This document shows, piece after piece, positions 1-8,310 of a stretch of 64,000 nt of DNA. The stretch is from Bacillota bacterium. GTDB taxonomy: Bacteria > Bacillota > Ch66 > Ch109. Below the pieces are notes generated by a model, which was not told where the DNA came from, ran no database searches, and worked only from the letters and a program-made list of their open reading frames with translations. The stretch is from positions 1,120,001 to 1,184,000 of the forward strand of contig JBMNLH010000001.1 in assembly GCA_050952625.1 (NCBI GenBank), given 5' to 3'. Both the position numbers and the translations under genes were made by a program. Numbering within the stretch: position 1 is the stretch's first letter; every line of letters starts with the position of its first letter.

Positions 1-370
1 CATCGGTATCGGCCCCGGTACCATAATATACACCCCGGCCATCCCAGGTAGGGTCACTATGGGAAGGCTCATCACTGGCCCGTATAGAATTTAAAACTAT
101 CGCTTCCCCTTCAGCCTTGGCATCTAACGTCCAGAGCTTGTTTCCGCCCAAATGATAAATTATATCGCCAATTAGCAGAGGTTGCCTCATGCTCCTTCCA
201 GTGCTGTGCATCCAATTCAACTGCACCGGCGGACCGATGGGATCAGTCGCTAGCCGATGGCGGTACGGACTGCCGCCGAATTCAGTCCAATCAGAAGCGA
301 ATGTAATTTGTGGAAAAATAAAGACGATGCACAAAAGCACCGCCAAAACCCGGCTTAATTTTGTTTTCAC
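1..370 (-). CDS. Secreted PQQ-like/BamB-type beta-propeller protein, 5' part only (runs off window)
   Basis: Not in the ORF track. GTG at 370 follows RBS AGGGAGG. Frame is open to base 1: MKTKLSRVLAVLLCIVFIFPQITFA|SDWTEFGGSPYRHR...LNW...LWTLDA. Signal peptide plus a DW..FGG...R start typical of PQQ-repeat proteins. Confidence 0.6.
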   Translation of the reverse strand, partial: MKTKLSRVLAVLLCIVFIFPQITFASDWTEFGGSPYRHRLATDPIGPPVQLNWMHSTGRSMRQPLLIGDIIYHLGGNKLWTLDAKAEGEAIVLNSIRASDEPSHSDPTWDGRGVYYGTGADTD

Positions 371-385
371 TGGCTCTTCCTCCCT

Positions 386-1033
386 TTATCTTAAGTCAGT
401 TTCTATATAACCAGGGGCCTTGCCAACAACTCCCCCGCCACCATATTCCATGTCAGCATCTATATATCTCGGATCCTGCCACCAGTGTTCATACTCGCCA
501 TCTTCATTAGGTTTCGGATCTTCCTTCGGTTCTTCCACTGGCGAAGTGATCATGGCCTTGCCTTTGCTCTCACCAGTCGGGGCAATCCATTTTACGTCAC
601 ATTTGAATACTTCAGAGATGAATCTAAGGGGCACCATGGTCCGACCGTTAACTAGTATAGCCGGGGCATCCAGAGTGACCTCTTCATCAATAAACTCCCG
701 GGGGTTATTCGGGTTTGGCTTATTAAGCGTCACGACATTAGAGTTAATCGGCATATAAATCCAAACGTTATCTTTATAGATCGACGCTTTTTGCTGTTCC
801 TGATTCCACCTCACGTCTTTTGCACCCAAGGCATCAGACACGAACCGCAGGGGTACCATGGTCCGGTTGGTTTCGGCATTGATGAACGGACCTTGATCGG
901 GGAAATTAATTTGTTCTTCATCTACGTAGACCTCGACGTTGTAGTTATAATCTGCCATAACCGGGGTGGTGGCAAACAAAAATACAAGCATTAACGAAAT
1001 AATCAGGTGAATACGTTTTTTCATCCAAAACAC
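386..1033 (-). CDS. Secreted copper amine oxidase N-terminal (stalk) domain protein
   Basis: Signal peptide; two RTMVPLRF(V/I)S motifs and LDAPAILVNGR, typical of this Firmicutes domain. Confidence 0.8.
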   Translation of the reverse strand: MFWMKKRIHLIISLMLVFLFATTPVMADYNYNVEVYVDEEQINFPDQGPFINAETNRTMVPLRFVSDALGAKDVRWNQEQQKASIYKDNVWIYMPINSNVVTLNKPNPNNPREFIDEEVTLDAPAILVNGRTMVPLRFISEVFKCDVKWIAPTGESKGKAMITSPVEEPKEDPKPNEDGEYEHWWQDPRYIDADMEYGGGGVVGKAPGYIETDLR

Positions 1034-1048
1034 TCCTTTATTAGTTTT

Positions 1049-1264
1049 TTAAAATGAAGTTACCGCTATATAATCCGCTTGGGCAATAGGTTCAGGAGCC
1101 GGAATACCATCTTCGATCAAACCCTCGAAGTGCATTGCAGCGGCATCCATAATTGCTTGTTTAACTTCCTCTAATGTTTTACCAGTAGCCCCGCAACCGG
1201 GAACGTCCGGAATGTAAGCAGAAAAATTCCCATTGGCCTTTTCAATGACAATTAAGTATTTCAA
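1049..1264 (-). CDS. hicB: HicB family antitoxin (short form)
   Basis: MKYLIVIEK..NFSAYIPDVPGCGATGKTLEEVKQAI..A..H..GL.EDG..P signature. Confidence 0.85.
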   Translation of the reverse strand: MKYLIVIEKANGNFSAYIPDVPGCGATGKTLEEVKQAIMDAAAMHFEGLIEDGIPAPEPIAQADYIAVTSF

Positions 1265-1362
1265 TTCTCTCGCCCCCTTTTCAATTGAGCTTGTTTAAAA
1301 ATACTGTTAAGAGTTCCCGGAGCCAAGTCGTCGTTAGGATGACCCGCTATTGTAACTCGCCC
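1261..1362 (-). pseudogene. hicA: 3' remnant of HicA toxin (N-terminal half missing)
   Basis: Reads GRVTIAGHPNDDLAPGTLNSIFKQAQLKRGREN*, with the stop overlapping the hicB TTG. There is no HicA-type N-terminus or GSH motif upstream in frame. Confidence 0.75.
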
Positions 1363-1808
1363 TTCAGATAAATTAAATCCCAAAACGCCAGTGCTTCTAA
1401 CCCTGGGATGATACCTCTTTCAATAGCAAAATATGGCCCCTCAGAATAATTTTCATCATCCGTTAGCACAAATTCTGCTCCAACTGCCTGAGCTAAAGCT
1501 ATAGCCCGTTTTTCTCCTTCATCTTTTGGAAGGAATAAACTATTCATGTCCTTTCGGTTAGCTTCATAAAGGGAAAACAAGACAGCCCTCTTTAAATCGC
1601 TTTTTTTGACTAACGATATGAATGAGACATTTGCCAAATCCTGGTCAAGCTCGTGAGCAATGTCCCTAAGCCTTCGATTCACCTCTCCGTATACAAATTC
1701 ATCTAAATATACAACATTAAAAAGATTACTGATCAAATACTTAGTGCCACTCCGGTACAAATGACCCAAAATATTTGCATCAGTTGAAGCTAAATTAATC
1801 TTCATCAA
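1347..1808 (-). CDS. PIN-like domain protein, probably C-terminally truncated
   Basis: PIN acidic motifs TDANIL, VYGEV, DEGEKRAIALA and VLTDD. The last codons run into the hicA remnant. Confidence 0.65.
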   Translation of the reverse strand: MMKINLASTDANILGHLYRSGTKYLISNLFNVVYLDEFVYGEVNRRLRDIAHELDQDLANVSFISLVKKSDLKRAVLFSLYEANRKDMNSLFLPKDEGEKRAIALAQAVGAEFVLTDDENYSEGPYFAIERGIIPGLEALAFWDLIYLKGELQ

Positions 1809-2649
1809 GATCCTTTAATAACTCGTCAAAATCAATCTCTTCGGGCAAAACTGGCTCTTTTTCTTCGAACCCTAATTCATCCGGCGTAACCCCCATTACC
1901 CGAAGTATCTCTTTAAGTACCGGATACGAAACATAACCATTTTCATAATTTTGTTCCAGACAACGGAAATATCTCGATGGGACCCATATCTGATTAGAAG
2001 GAACCAACAACGTTAATGATCCACCATGAACCCGACGGAATAATCCCTGCAGGTTATAGCCAGTATTCTCAAAGTAGTGATAAAAATATTGTGCCTTATC
2101 TTTATTTATCCACCCAAGCTCTGTTAATCTTCGGACCATCGCTCTGTAACTAACTCCAAATTCAACTTGGAGCCTTACTATATCCGAGTAACTTATTCCA
2201 TTGTCTTTAAATTTAAGTTCACTGGCTACCTCTTCAATTCCCTCGCGCGGCATAAGTAATTCAGCAGCAAAGCAATCTGCCCGATATTCAAGGGCATTGT
2301 TGGGAGTAAATTCACCTGTTTCCTGATCCCGAATCAGGGTAGGAGTAGTAAGTTGAATATCAAAAACATGATGGCCAATTTCATGGGCAACCGTAAATAT
2401 TTCTCTTGATAAAATCAATGAGGAGTTAGAAAATATCAGACGCTCGCCACGATAAACTGCCGAAAAACCCTGAAGCGATTCTTTGCCCAGGGGATAGCGC
2501 ACCAACAAATATTTCAGGGTTTGCTCAACAAACCTGAAAATATCTCCAAGCCCCCTAATCCCTAATGCATAACGCCTTCTGAGTTCAACAGCTTCTCGCT
2601 CAGCCAGTTTTTTGATTTCTTCAGCTGTCAAAGCCGCCTCTTTAGCCAC
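1795..2649 (-). CDS. ImmA/IrrE family Zn metallopeptidase (COG2856)
   Basis: FTVAHEIGHH (HExxH), EYRADCFAAELLMP and FGVS..AM.RRL. Confidence 0.9.
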   Translation of the reverse strand: MAKEAALTAEEIKKLAEREAVELRRRYALGIRGLGDIFRFVEQTLKYLLVRYPLGKESLQGFSAVYRGERLIFSNSSLILSREIFTVAHEIGHHVFDIQLTTPTLIRDQETGEFTPNNALEYRADCFAAELLMPREGIEEVASELKFKDNGISYSDIVRLQVEFGVSYRAMVRRLTELGWINKDKAQYFYHYFENTGYNLQGLFRRVHGGSLTLLVPSNQIWVPSRYFRCLEQNYENGYVSYPVLKEILRVMGVTPDELGFEEKEPVLPEEIDFDELLKDLDED

Positions 2650-3010
2650 GCGACAATACTCCCTTCTTTTCCTTCATGCGAAAATACAACCTTTCTTGAG
2701 CAGAAAATACATCTAGAATGTTTTCTGCAATTTCAAAGGCCCTTTCTGCATCTGGCGTGCAAAACTCATCCCGACAAAGTGCTTTTAGGGATAATGATTC
2801 ATCATCGTCAACATTTGTGATTAGACTGTAATGGATTCCTAAATAATCAGCTATTTTTTTTATCTCTATAAAAGTAACTTCCCTTGCTCCCTTTTCTAAA
2901 CGAATATAGGCCTGTCTTGAGATACCAAGGATATCAGCAATCTGCTCCTGAGTAAAACCCTTCTTTTCACGATGCTGGCGGATTCGATGTCCCAAAATCA
3001 CGCTGTCCAT
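2642..3010 (-). CDS. XRE family HTH regulator
   Basis: LGHRIRQHREKKGFTQEQIADILGISRQAYIRLEKG; overlaps the peptidase start. Confidence 0.9.
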   Translation of the reverse strand: MDSVILGHRIRQHREKKGFTQEQIADILGISRQAYIRLEKGAREVTFIEIKKIADYLGIHYSLITNVDDDESLSLKALCRDEFCTPDAERAFEIAENILDVFSAQERLYFRMKEKKGVLSRG

Positions 3011-3278
3011 TATTTGCCCCCCTAACTAAAATTCTAAACAGAAATGCCTATTGTAATAATTATACCACATAATATTGTTGTTTATAGCAAATATCACGCA
3101 ATTATGTAATATTATTTTTACATTATTTCTTTCTCAGTATTCAAACAGGCTTTTGGGGGCAAAATGATACGCGCGTGCTTCGCAATTTGATTTCCCAATT
3201 ATTTGGGAATATAATTAAAAAAGATAGCTTGCTGGAACAAGCTACCCTCAGCAGGAGATGCAGTATATCGGGCCTTCA

Positions 3279-3307
3279 TTGACGAATATTTTAATGCATG
3301 TTATCAT
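3279..3307 (+). promoter_or_regulatory. SigA promoter of a small antisense RNA
   Basis: TTGACG-17 bp-TATCAT with TGn extension; no ORF follows on the + strand. Confidence 0.6.
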
Positions 3308-3313
3308 ATAGCT

Positions 3314-3400
3314 AATAAGAGGAGTTGCCGCTTTTTGCGTGGCGGCAGGTCCGGAATAAACGGTTAGACCGCCTTAACTAAGGCGGTCGTGTTATTTTCT
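3314..3400 (+). ncRNA. Putative type I antitoxin sRNA
   Basis: Runs from the 3279-3307 promoter to hairpin GACCGCCTT-AACT-AAGGCGGTC (3367-3388), convergent with a small hydrophobic ORF remnant. Confidence 0.5.
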
Positions 3401-3468
3401 AAACATAATGTATAGAAAAATAACTCCTATGGTTACTAAGCAAAATTGCCATATGTAACTATAGGCAT
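3392..3468 (-). pseudogene. Frame-disrupted small membrane peptide (type I holin-like toxin)
   Basis: RBS AGGGGGTG precedes ATG. MPIVTY continues in a shifted frame as WQFCLVTIGVIFLYIMFRK*. The 77-nt span is not a multiple of 3. Confidence 0.5.
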
Positions 3469-3540
3469 CACCCCCTCGCGGGAAAGTGACCTTGACCGCC
3501 AAGCGGCAAACTCCTTGCTTTTTATTTTAGCATATTACTT

Positions 3541-5144
3541 CATTAGTGTTGCATTAACTTTTTAACAAAATACTAAGTTGTTCATTCATCATAGATGTTT
3601 AACGATTATACATGCGGATTACCATAATATAACTGGTCCTATAAGAAAAAACTCCTTATAATAGAGATGTACAGGTAGTCCTGTCCATAATCTCTAAAAT
3701 AAGGAGATCTGCTTATGGACAAGGATACCAGAAAATCTGCATTTCGTGAATGCCTTAAGCCTATATTTGTATCTAGTTTTCAAAAGCTACTTAAAACCTG
3801 GGACATTGACAAGTACGTCAAAAAGCTGTTCGCTAATAACTTTATCCTTTTAATGCTTTACGCCCAGATTGATTGCCTTGACAGTTTGCGCCATACGAGT
3901 CAGATATTGAAGGATAGTGAAAAACTTCAGGAACTTATTGGAATAACTTCTATAAGTGCATCACAGCTATCCAGAAAACTCAGAGAAATGTCAACCGAAG
4001 TTCTTGAAAAATTGTTTACTGAACTCGTAAAGGAGCTAGAAGCAACAATTGGTCATAAAGCAATGAGTCATCGTCTTAAAAGGATTTTCTTGGTGGATGC
4101 CTCGGTGATTAGCTTTTGTCTCTCCAATCACCTTTGGGCAACCTACCGGAAAACTAAGGCCGGGAGTCAAGCTTCACCTAAAACTAGCCTTTTATCCTGA
4201 AGTCGGGGTTTATCCTTATACGGCAATTATCACAACTGCTAAAGGTAACGATCGGACTCAAATGGATAACTTGGTCGTTGAAGAATCTGGAGATGCGCTT
4301 TACGTTTTTGACCGAGGTTACATTGATTACGAGAAGTTCGACAGCTATTGTGATAATAACAACCAGATCCGGTTTGTCAGCCGTTTAAAATCAAATGCGG
4401 TCAAGGAGTTAATCCTAGAGCAAAAGATCCTGGTTGATAATGAATGGGCACTGGAGCGAATTGTTCGTCTAGGCACACCGGGAGTTAACCAAATGAAACA
4501 TCCTCTACGGTTAATTGAAACCCGGGATACTCAAGGAAATGCCGTCACGATTGTAACCAATGACTTTGAACTAACTGCTCAAGAAATCAGTGATATTTAT
4601 CGGAACCGGTGGGCAATTGAACTATTTTTTAAATGGGTGAAGCAACATCTCAAGGTCAAAAAGTTTTATGGTAATAGCGAGAATGCCGTAAAGAATCAGA
4701 TTTGGCTAGCCCTCATATCCTTTTGTTTGATGACATTACTCCAATCAAAGGTAAAGTTCTCGGGAGAGCTCTTGAGTCTTCAACGTCTTCTACAATCTTG
4801 TGGATATGATTCTTTAGAACTTTTCCTCGACAAGTTGTTTAGGCCCACCAGCTCGTAAATCTAATGGAAGACGAAAGAATACATGGGAACAGGAATTCTG
4901 GCAGCTAAACGAACAAACATTGCTTTATGGGACTAGTATTCTAGATGAAACAACCTTAGATCTCATTTAACAAAATTAGGCAACGAAATGTGGTACAGGG
5001 CTATCTTTAATTGATCACTTGCTTTTAACATTTACGGGAAAAAATCCTGTTCAGAATATTCAATCTTAGTCTATTTAGCCCTATATATAAGCCAGTGTAA
5101 AATGCACTTAGAAGAAATGGGTTAAATTTTATGCATCACTAGTG
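3541..5144 (+). mobile_element. IS4-family insertion sequence (~1.6 kb)
   Basis: Imperfect terminal IRs: CATTAGTGTTGCATTAA at 3541, and CACTAGTGATGCATAAA as the reverse complement ending at 5144. They enclose a DDE transposase. No target duplication is visible. Confidence 0.8.
3715..4970 (+). pseudogene. IS4-family DDE transposase with two +1 frameshifts
   Basis: Motifs LVDAS, VFDRGY and IYRNRWAIELFFKWVKQHLK. An extra G near 4163 (should read AGVKLHL) and an extra C near 4845 (continues PARKSNGRRK...LDLI* at 4970) split the ORF. Confidence 0.8.
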
Positions 5145-5235
5145 AAAAAGAATATATAAAGGGATCAAACTTTGATATCTAAATCATTATAAACTTAATA
5201 GATAAGAACTATCCTTCAAGGTAACATTATCATAG

Positions 5236-5352
5236 AGTGAACTCGTTCAGCTTCGCTGAATATCGAGGCTTCAGATGGAGACTCTACTCCACCCAAAGTT
5301 TAAACAAAGTAACCCCCACTTATAGAAGTGGGAGTATTTTAATTCAGATAAA
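5236..5352 (+). repeat. ~120-bp dispersed MITE-like repeat, copy 1
   Basis: AGTGAACTCGTTCAGC..GCTGAA.ATCGAGGCTTCAGATGGAG...CCCCCACTTATAGAAGTGGGAG...ATTCAGATAAA; homologous to copies at 6591, 16174 and 43092. Confidence 0.85.
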
Positions 5353-5374
5353 CACATACTAAGTACTTTAGGGG

Positions 5375-5439
5375 TTGCGTTTTGATGTCCCTAGGCATAC
5401 AATATTAATAGATGTTTAGATGTTTAACTAATTGTCTAA
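5375..5439 (+). promoter_or_regulatory. sdpR promoter and ArsR-type operator
   Basis: TTGCGT-17-TACAAT, followed by imperfect palindrome TTAGAT...GTCTAA (5416-5439). Confidence 0.55.
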
Positions 5440-5498
5440 CGAATAGCCAGGTAAACAAAAGGTATTAGTTAAACATTGTTTTGAATGGGGTGGTGAAG

Positions 5499-5783
5499 AT
5501 GTCCTTGAGTCTTGTTTTCAAAGCCCTGTCAGACGGTACTCGACGAGAAATCTTGCACATGCTGCAAAAAGGAGACCTAACTGCCGGGGAGATTGCTAAT
5601 CAGTTCAATTTGACTAAGCCCAGTATCTCTCATCATCTTAATGTCTTAAAGCAAGCGGATCTGGTTCAGGATCTCAGGAAGGGACAGAACATCCATTACT
5701 CTCTCAACACCACTGTCTTTCAAGAGGTGCTCGGTTGGTTTATTGGCGTAATGGGCAATAGAGGTCAGGATAGTCAAGATTGA
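5499..5783 (+). CDS. sdpR: ArsR family autorepressor SdpR
   Basis: FKALSDGTRREIL.ML..GDLTAGEIA..F..TKPSISHHL..LKQA.LV...R.GQ.I.YSLNTTVFQE; adjacent to sdpI. Confidence 0.8.
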   Translation: MSLSLVFKALSDGTRREILHMLQKGDLTAGEIANQFNLTKPSISHHLNVLKQADLVQDLRKGQNIHYSLNTTVFQEVLGWFIGVMGNRGQDSQD

Positions 5784-5873
5784 AGTCAGGAAGGAAATAA
5801 TATATCAGCAGGCAATAATAAAAGGATGATCCATTACAGCCTAACTTGAGATCCTTTTAGAATAAGAAAGGGG

Positions 5874-6575
5874 ATGAGCATTATGCTAAGAAAAATAAAT
5901 AGAGATAATGAAAGGAACGGGTATCAATTAAGTTGGTCTACCCTGCGTCAAGAATGGCCGATTTGGTTGTTACTTCTGGGCGCTTTAATTGCCGGAATAA
6001 TTACCTATCCCCATTTACCAGATCAGGTCCCCAGTCACTGGAATTTTAAGGGTGAAGTTGATGCCTATAGTTCACGGGAGTTCGGAGCTTTTATGCTTCC
6101 TTTGATAAACATTGGGATGTATTTAATGATGCTCTTCCTACCGTTGATTGACCCGAAACGAGATAATTACGCCCGTTTTGCCGGTGCCTACCGTTTTTTA
6201 CGTTGCGCCTTGGCTATCTTCATGACTGCTATCTATGCCATTACCATCCTGAGTGCTCTTGGCTATCAAATTAATACCGGTTTGGTAGTTAAGGCTTTTG
6301 TCGCCTTGCTGTTTATGTTGATCGGTAACTTTATGGGGCAGATGCGGCACAACTATTTTGTAGGCATTAAAAACCCCTGGACCCTGGCCAACGAGGAGGT
6401 CTGGCAGGCGACCCACCGTTTCTCCGGCAAGTTATGGGTAATCGGCGGTTTGATAACCTTGTTATTGGCTCCAGTTCAAGCACTCTGGGGAGTTTATCTA
6501 TTCTTCACTGTCATTGTTATCCTGGTTGTGCTACCAATGGTTTACTCATATCTTCTTTTTCGCCGGCTTAGTTGA
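5874..6575 (+). CDS. sdpI: SdpI family immunity membrane protein (DUF1648 + SdpI)
   Basis: LPDQVPSHWNFKGEVD and NYFVGIKNPWTLANEEVWQATHRFSGK; multiple TM helices. Confidence 0.85.
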   Translation: MSIMLRKINRDNERNGYQLSWSTLRQEWPIWLLLLGALIAGIITYPHLPDQVPSHWNFKGEVDAYSSREFGAFMLPLINIGMYLMMLFLPLIDPKRDNYARFAGAYRFLRCALAIFMTAIYAITILSALGYQINTGLVVKAFVALLFMLIGNFMGQMRHNYFVGIKNPWTLANEEVWQATHRFSGKLWVIGGLITLLLAPVQALWGVYLFFTVIVILVVLPMVYSYLLFRRLS

Positions 6576-6590
6576 ACTGAAAGGAGGTCC

Positions 6591-6682
6591 CATTGGGGAC
6601 TTCAAATAAAGATTCTAATCCACCCGAAGTTTCAACAAAGCACCCCCACTTATAGATAATAGCATCTTTTAATTCAGATAAA
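6591..6682 (+). repeat. MITE-like repeat, degenerate copy 2
   Basis: ..CTTCAAATAAAGATTCTAATCCACCCGAAGTTT..CCCCCACTTATAGA..TTTTAATTCAGATAAA aligns with copy 1. Confidence 0.7.
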
Positions 6683-6738
6683 CCTAAGAAAAGAAGTAAG
6701 CTTGAGTAAACAAGTCGTCAGAAACAAGCGGAAGTGCC

Positions 6739-6767
6739 TTGACTTTCCTGGGTTATCTTGATAAAAT
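6739..6767 (+). promoter_or_regulatory. SigA promoter of tRNA-Pro
   Basis: TTGACT-17-TAAAAT. Confidence 0.7.
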
Positions 6768-6778
6768 ATCAAGTGCGT

Positions 6779-6856
6779 CGGGGCGTAGCTCAGTTTGGCT
6801 AGAGCGCTTGCTTGGGGTGCAAGAGGCCGGGTGTTCAAGTCACCTCGCTCCGACCA
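6779..6856 (+). tRNA. tRNA-Pro(GGG)
   Basis: Acceptor stem CGGGGCG/CGCTCCG plus ACCA; anticodon arm CTTGC-TTGGGGT-GCAAG; T loop TTCAAGT. Confidence 0.95.
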
Positions 6857-6907
6857 TGTATAATATAGTTTAAAGATTTTATTGAACTAATTGAGAACGA
6901 TATGTGA

Positions 6908-6935
6908 AACCAGTGCTTAATTGATGCACTGGTTT
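6908..6935 (+). terminator. Intrinsic terminator after tRNA-Pro
   Basis: AAACCAGTGC...GCACTGGTTT. Confidence 0.65.
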
Positions 6936-7169
6936 ATTAATTTCCTGAAAACAGTTTATTAGCCAAAGTTAAATATGAAATATGATTCAGTCTAATCCCA
7001 CTTGTGTCAAGGCAACCAAGAAAATGACAGAGCCGTACCACCCTCAATCAAGCTGTAATCGGCACCTTCTTTAGTAATTTGAGTAAACATAATGACAGAC
7101 CTAATCACTTGTCATATGAAAATCTTATACTTATACACTTAACTTTTTTGGAAACTATGGACATTTTAT

Positions 7170-7196
7170 GCAGGATAATCCAAACTATTGGAGAAT
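7170..7196 (+). promoter_or_regulatory. SigH-type promoter (crotonase gene)
   Basis: GCAGGA-17-GAAT. Confidence 0.5.
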
Positions 7197-7250
7197 CTCT
7201 AATTAGCTAAGCAATTATTCTTTTCTGATGCAAGTATATGAAAGGAGTGA

Positions 7251-8039
7251 ATGCTAATGGATTATACCTGTGTACTCGTGGACAAAAAAGAAAGAATCTG
7301 TACCATTACCCTTAACCGACCAAAGGCCTTTAACGCGCTGGATGTTACTTTGACCGAAGAAGTCGAACGAGCTTTGGAAGATTGTTCCAGCGATCCAAAG
7401 GTGCGGGTGGTTATTCTTACCGGCTCCGGGGCTGCATTCTGTGGAGGCGGAGACATTCAAGAATTCGATAGCAATCCCAAAGGAGCCCCTTATTGCTGTC
7501 ATGAAATTACTAAGTACCTGAATCGGGCTGTTATCGAGATTAGGAGGATGCCCCAACCGGTCATTGCTAGTATTAATGGTGGTGTTGGCGGAGGGGGCCT
7601 GAGCCTTGCCGCCGCCTGTGATTTGCGAATCGCCGCTTCTTCAGCCAAGTTTAGTCAAGGGTATACCAGAATCGGCTTGGTGCCGGATGGAGCCTGGACC
7701 TTAACCATACCTTTGCTTGTTGGCTGGGGACGAGCTTGTGAAATGTTCTTTACTAACCCAGTGTTAACGGCAGAAGAAGCCAAAGAATGGGGTTTAATCA
7801 ATTGGGTTGTGCCTTCAGAACAATTAAGTCAAGCAACTTGGGAACTTGCTAAGCAGTTGTCTGAAAGCCCCAGGCAATCATTCGCGATCGGTAAGCAAAA
7901 CTTAAATCGAGCCTGGATGACTTGTCTAGAAGCCCAGTTAGAAGAGGATCGACGAGGTCTAGTTATGGCAGCCCAAACTGCTGATGCCAGAGAAGGGTTT
8001 AGGGCCTTCCTAGAAAAAAGAAAGCCCCAATTCAGCTAA
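7251..8039 (+). CDS. Enoyl-CoA hydratase/isomerase (crotonase family, PaaG-like)
   Basis: ITLNRPKAFNAL, AFCGGGDI, LAAACDLRIA, IGLVPDG and EGFRAFLEKRKP. Confidence 0.9.
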   Translation: MLMDYTCVLVDKKERICTITLNRPKAFNALDVTLTEEVERALEDCSSDPKVRVVILTGSGAAFCGGGDIQEFDSNPKGAPYCCHEITKYLNRAVIEIRRMPQPVIASINGGVGGGGLSLAAACDLRIAASSAKFSQGYTRIGLVPDGAWTLTIPLLVGWGRACEMFFTNPVLTAEEAKEWGLINWVVPSEQLSQATWELAKQLSESPRQSFAIGKQNLNRAWMTCLEAQLEEDRRGLVMAAQTADAREGFRAFLEKRKPQFS

Positions 8040-8141
8040 TTGAGCTAAGGCATTGGTGGTTGTGCCTTGGGGACATGGATGGTTAATAAATAAAGCATAG
8101 GGCCCTAGAGATTGATCGTTAAAATCAAGCAGTCCATACAA

Positions 8142-8172
8142 ATCACCCTGTAAGAGTATCTTACAGGGTGAT
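8142..8172. terminator. Perfect 14-bp hairpin between convergent genes
   Basis: ATCACCCTGTAAGA-GTA-TCTTACAGGGTGAT. Confidence 0.65.
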
Positions 8173-8310
8173 GCTTCTAAATATATGCCAGCAAATAAGT
8201 ATCGCTGTTCAATCAATGCGGAATTGTCAGCTAAACCCAGTTGAGCCTTAGCCCAGAAGCAAGTTATAAAATAATAGTGGCTAGGCTTAATCTAATGGAG
8301 GAAAGGGCAT

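Noticed and set aside
4150-4200. Programmed frameshift in the IS4 transposase
   Set aside because: There is no slippery heptamer, IS4 transposases are single-ORF, and a second indel indicates decay or sequencing error.
6779-6856. tRNA-Pro as the attachment site of the left-hand island
   Set aside because: I found no duplicated tRNA 3' end or integrase in the window, and the island lies 5' of the tRNA.
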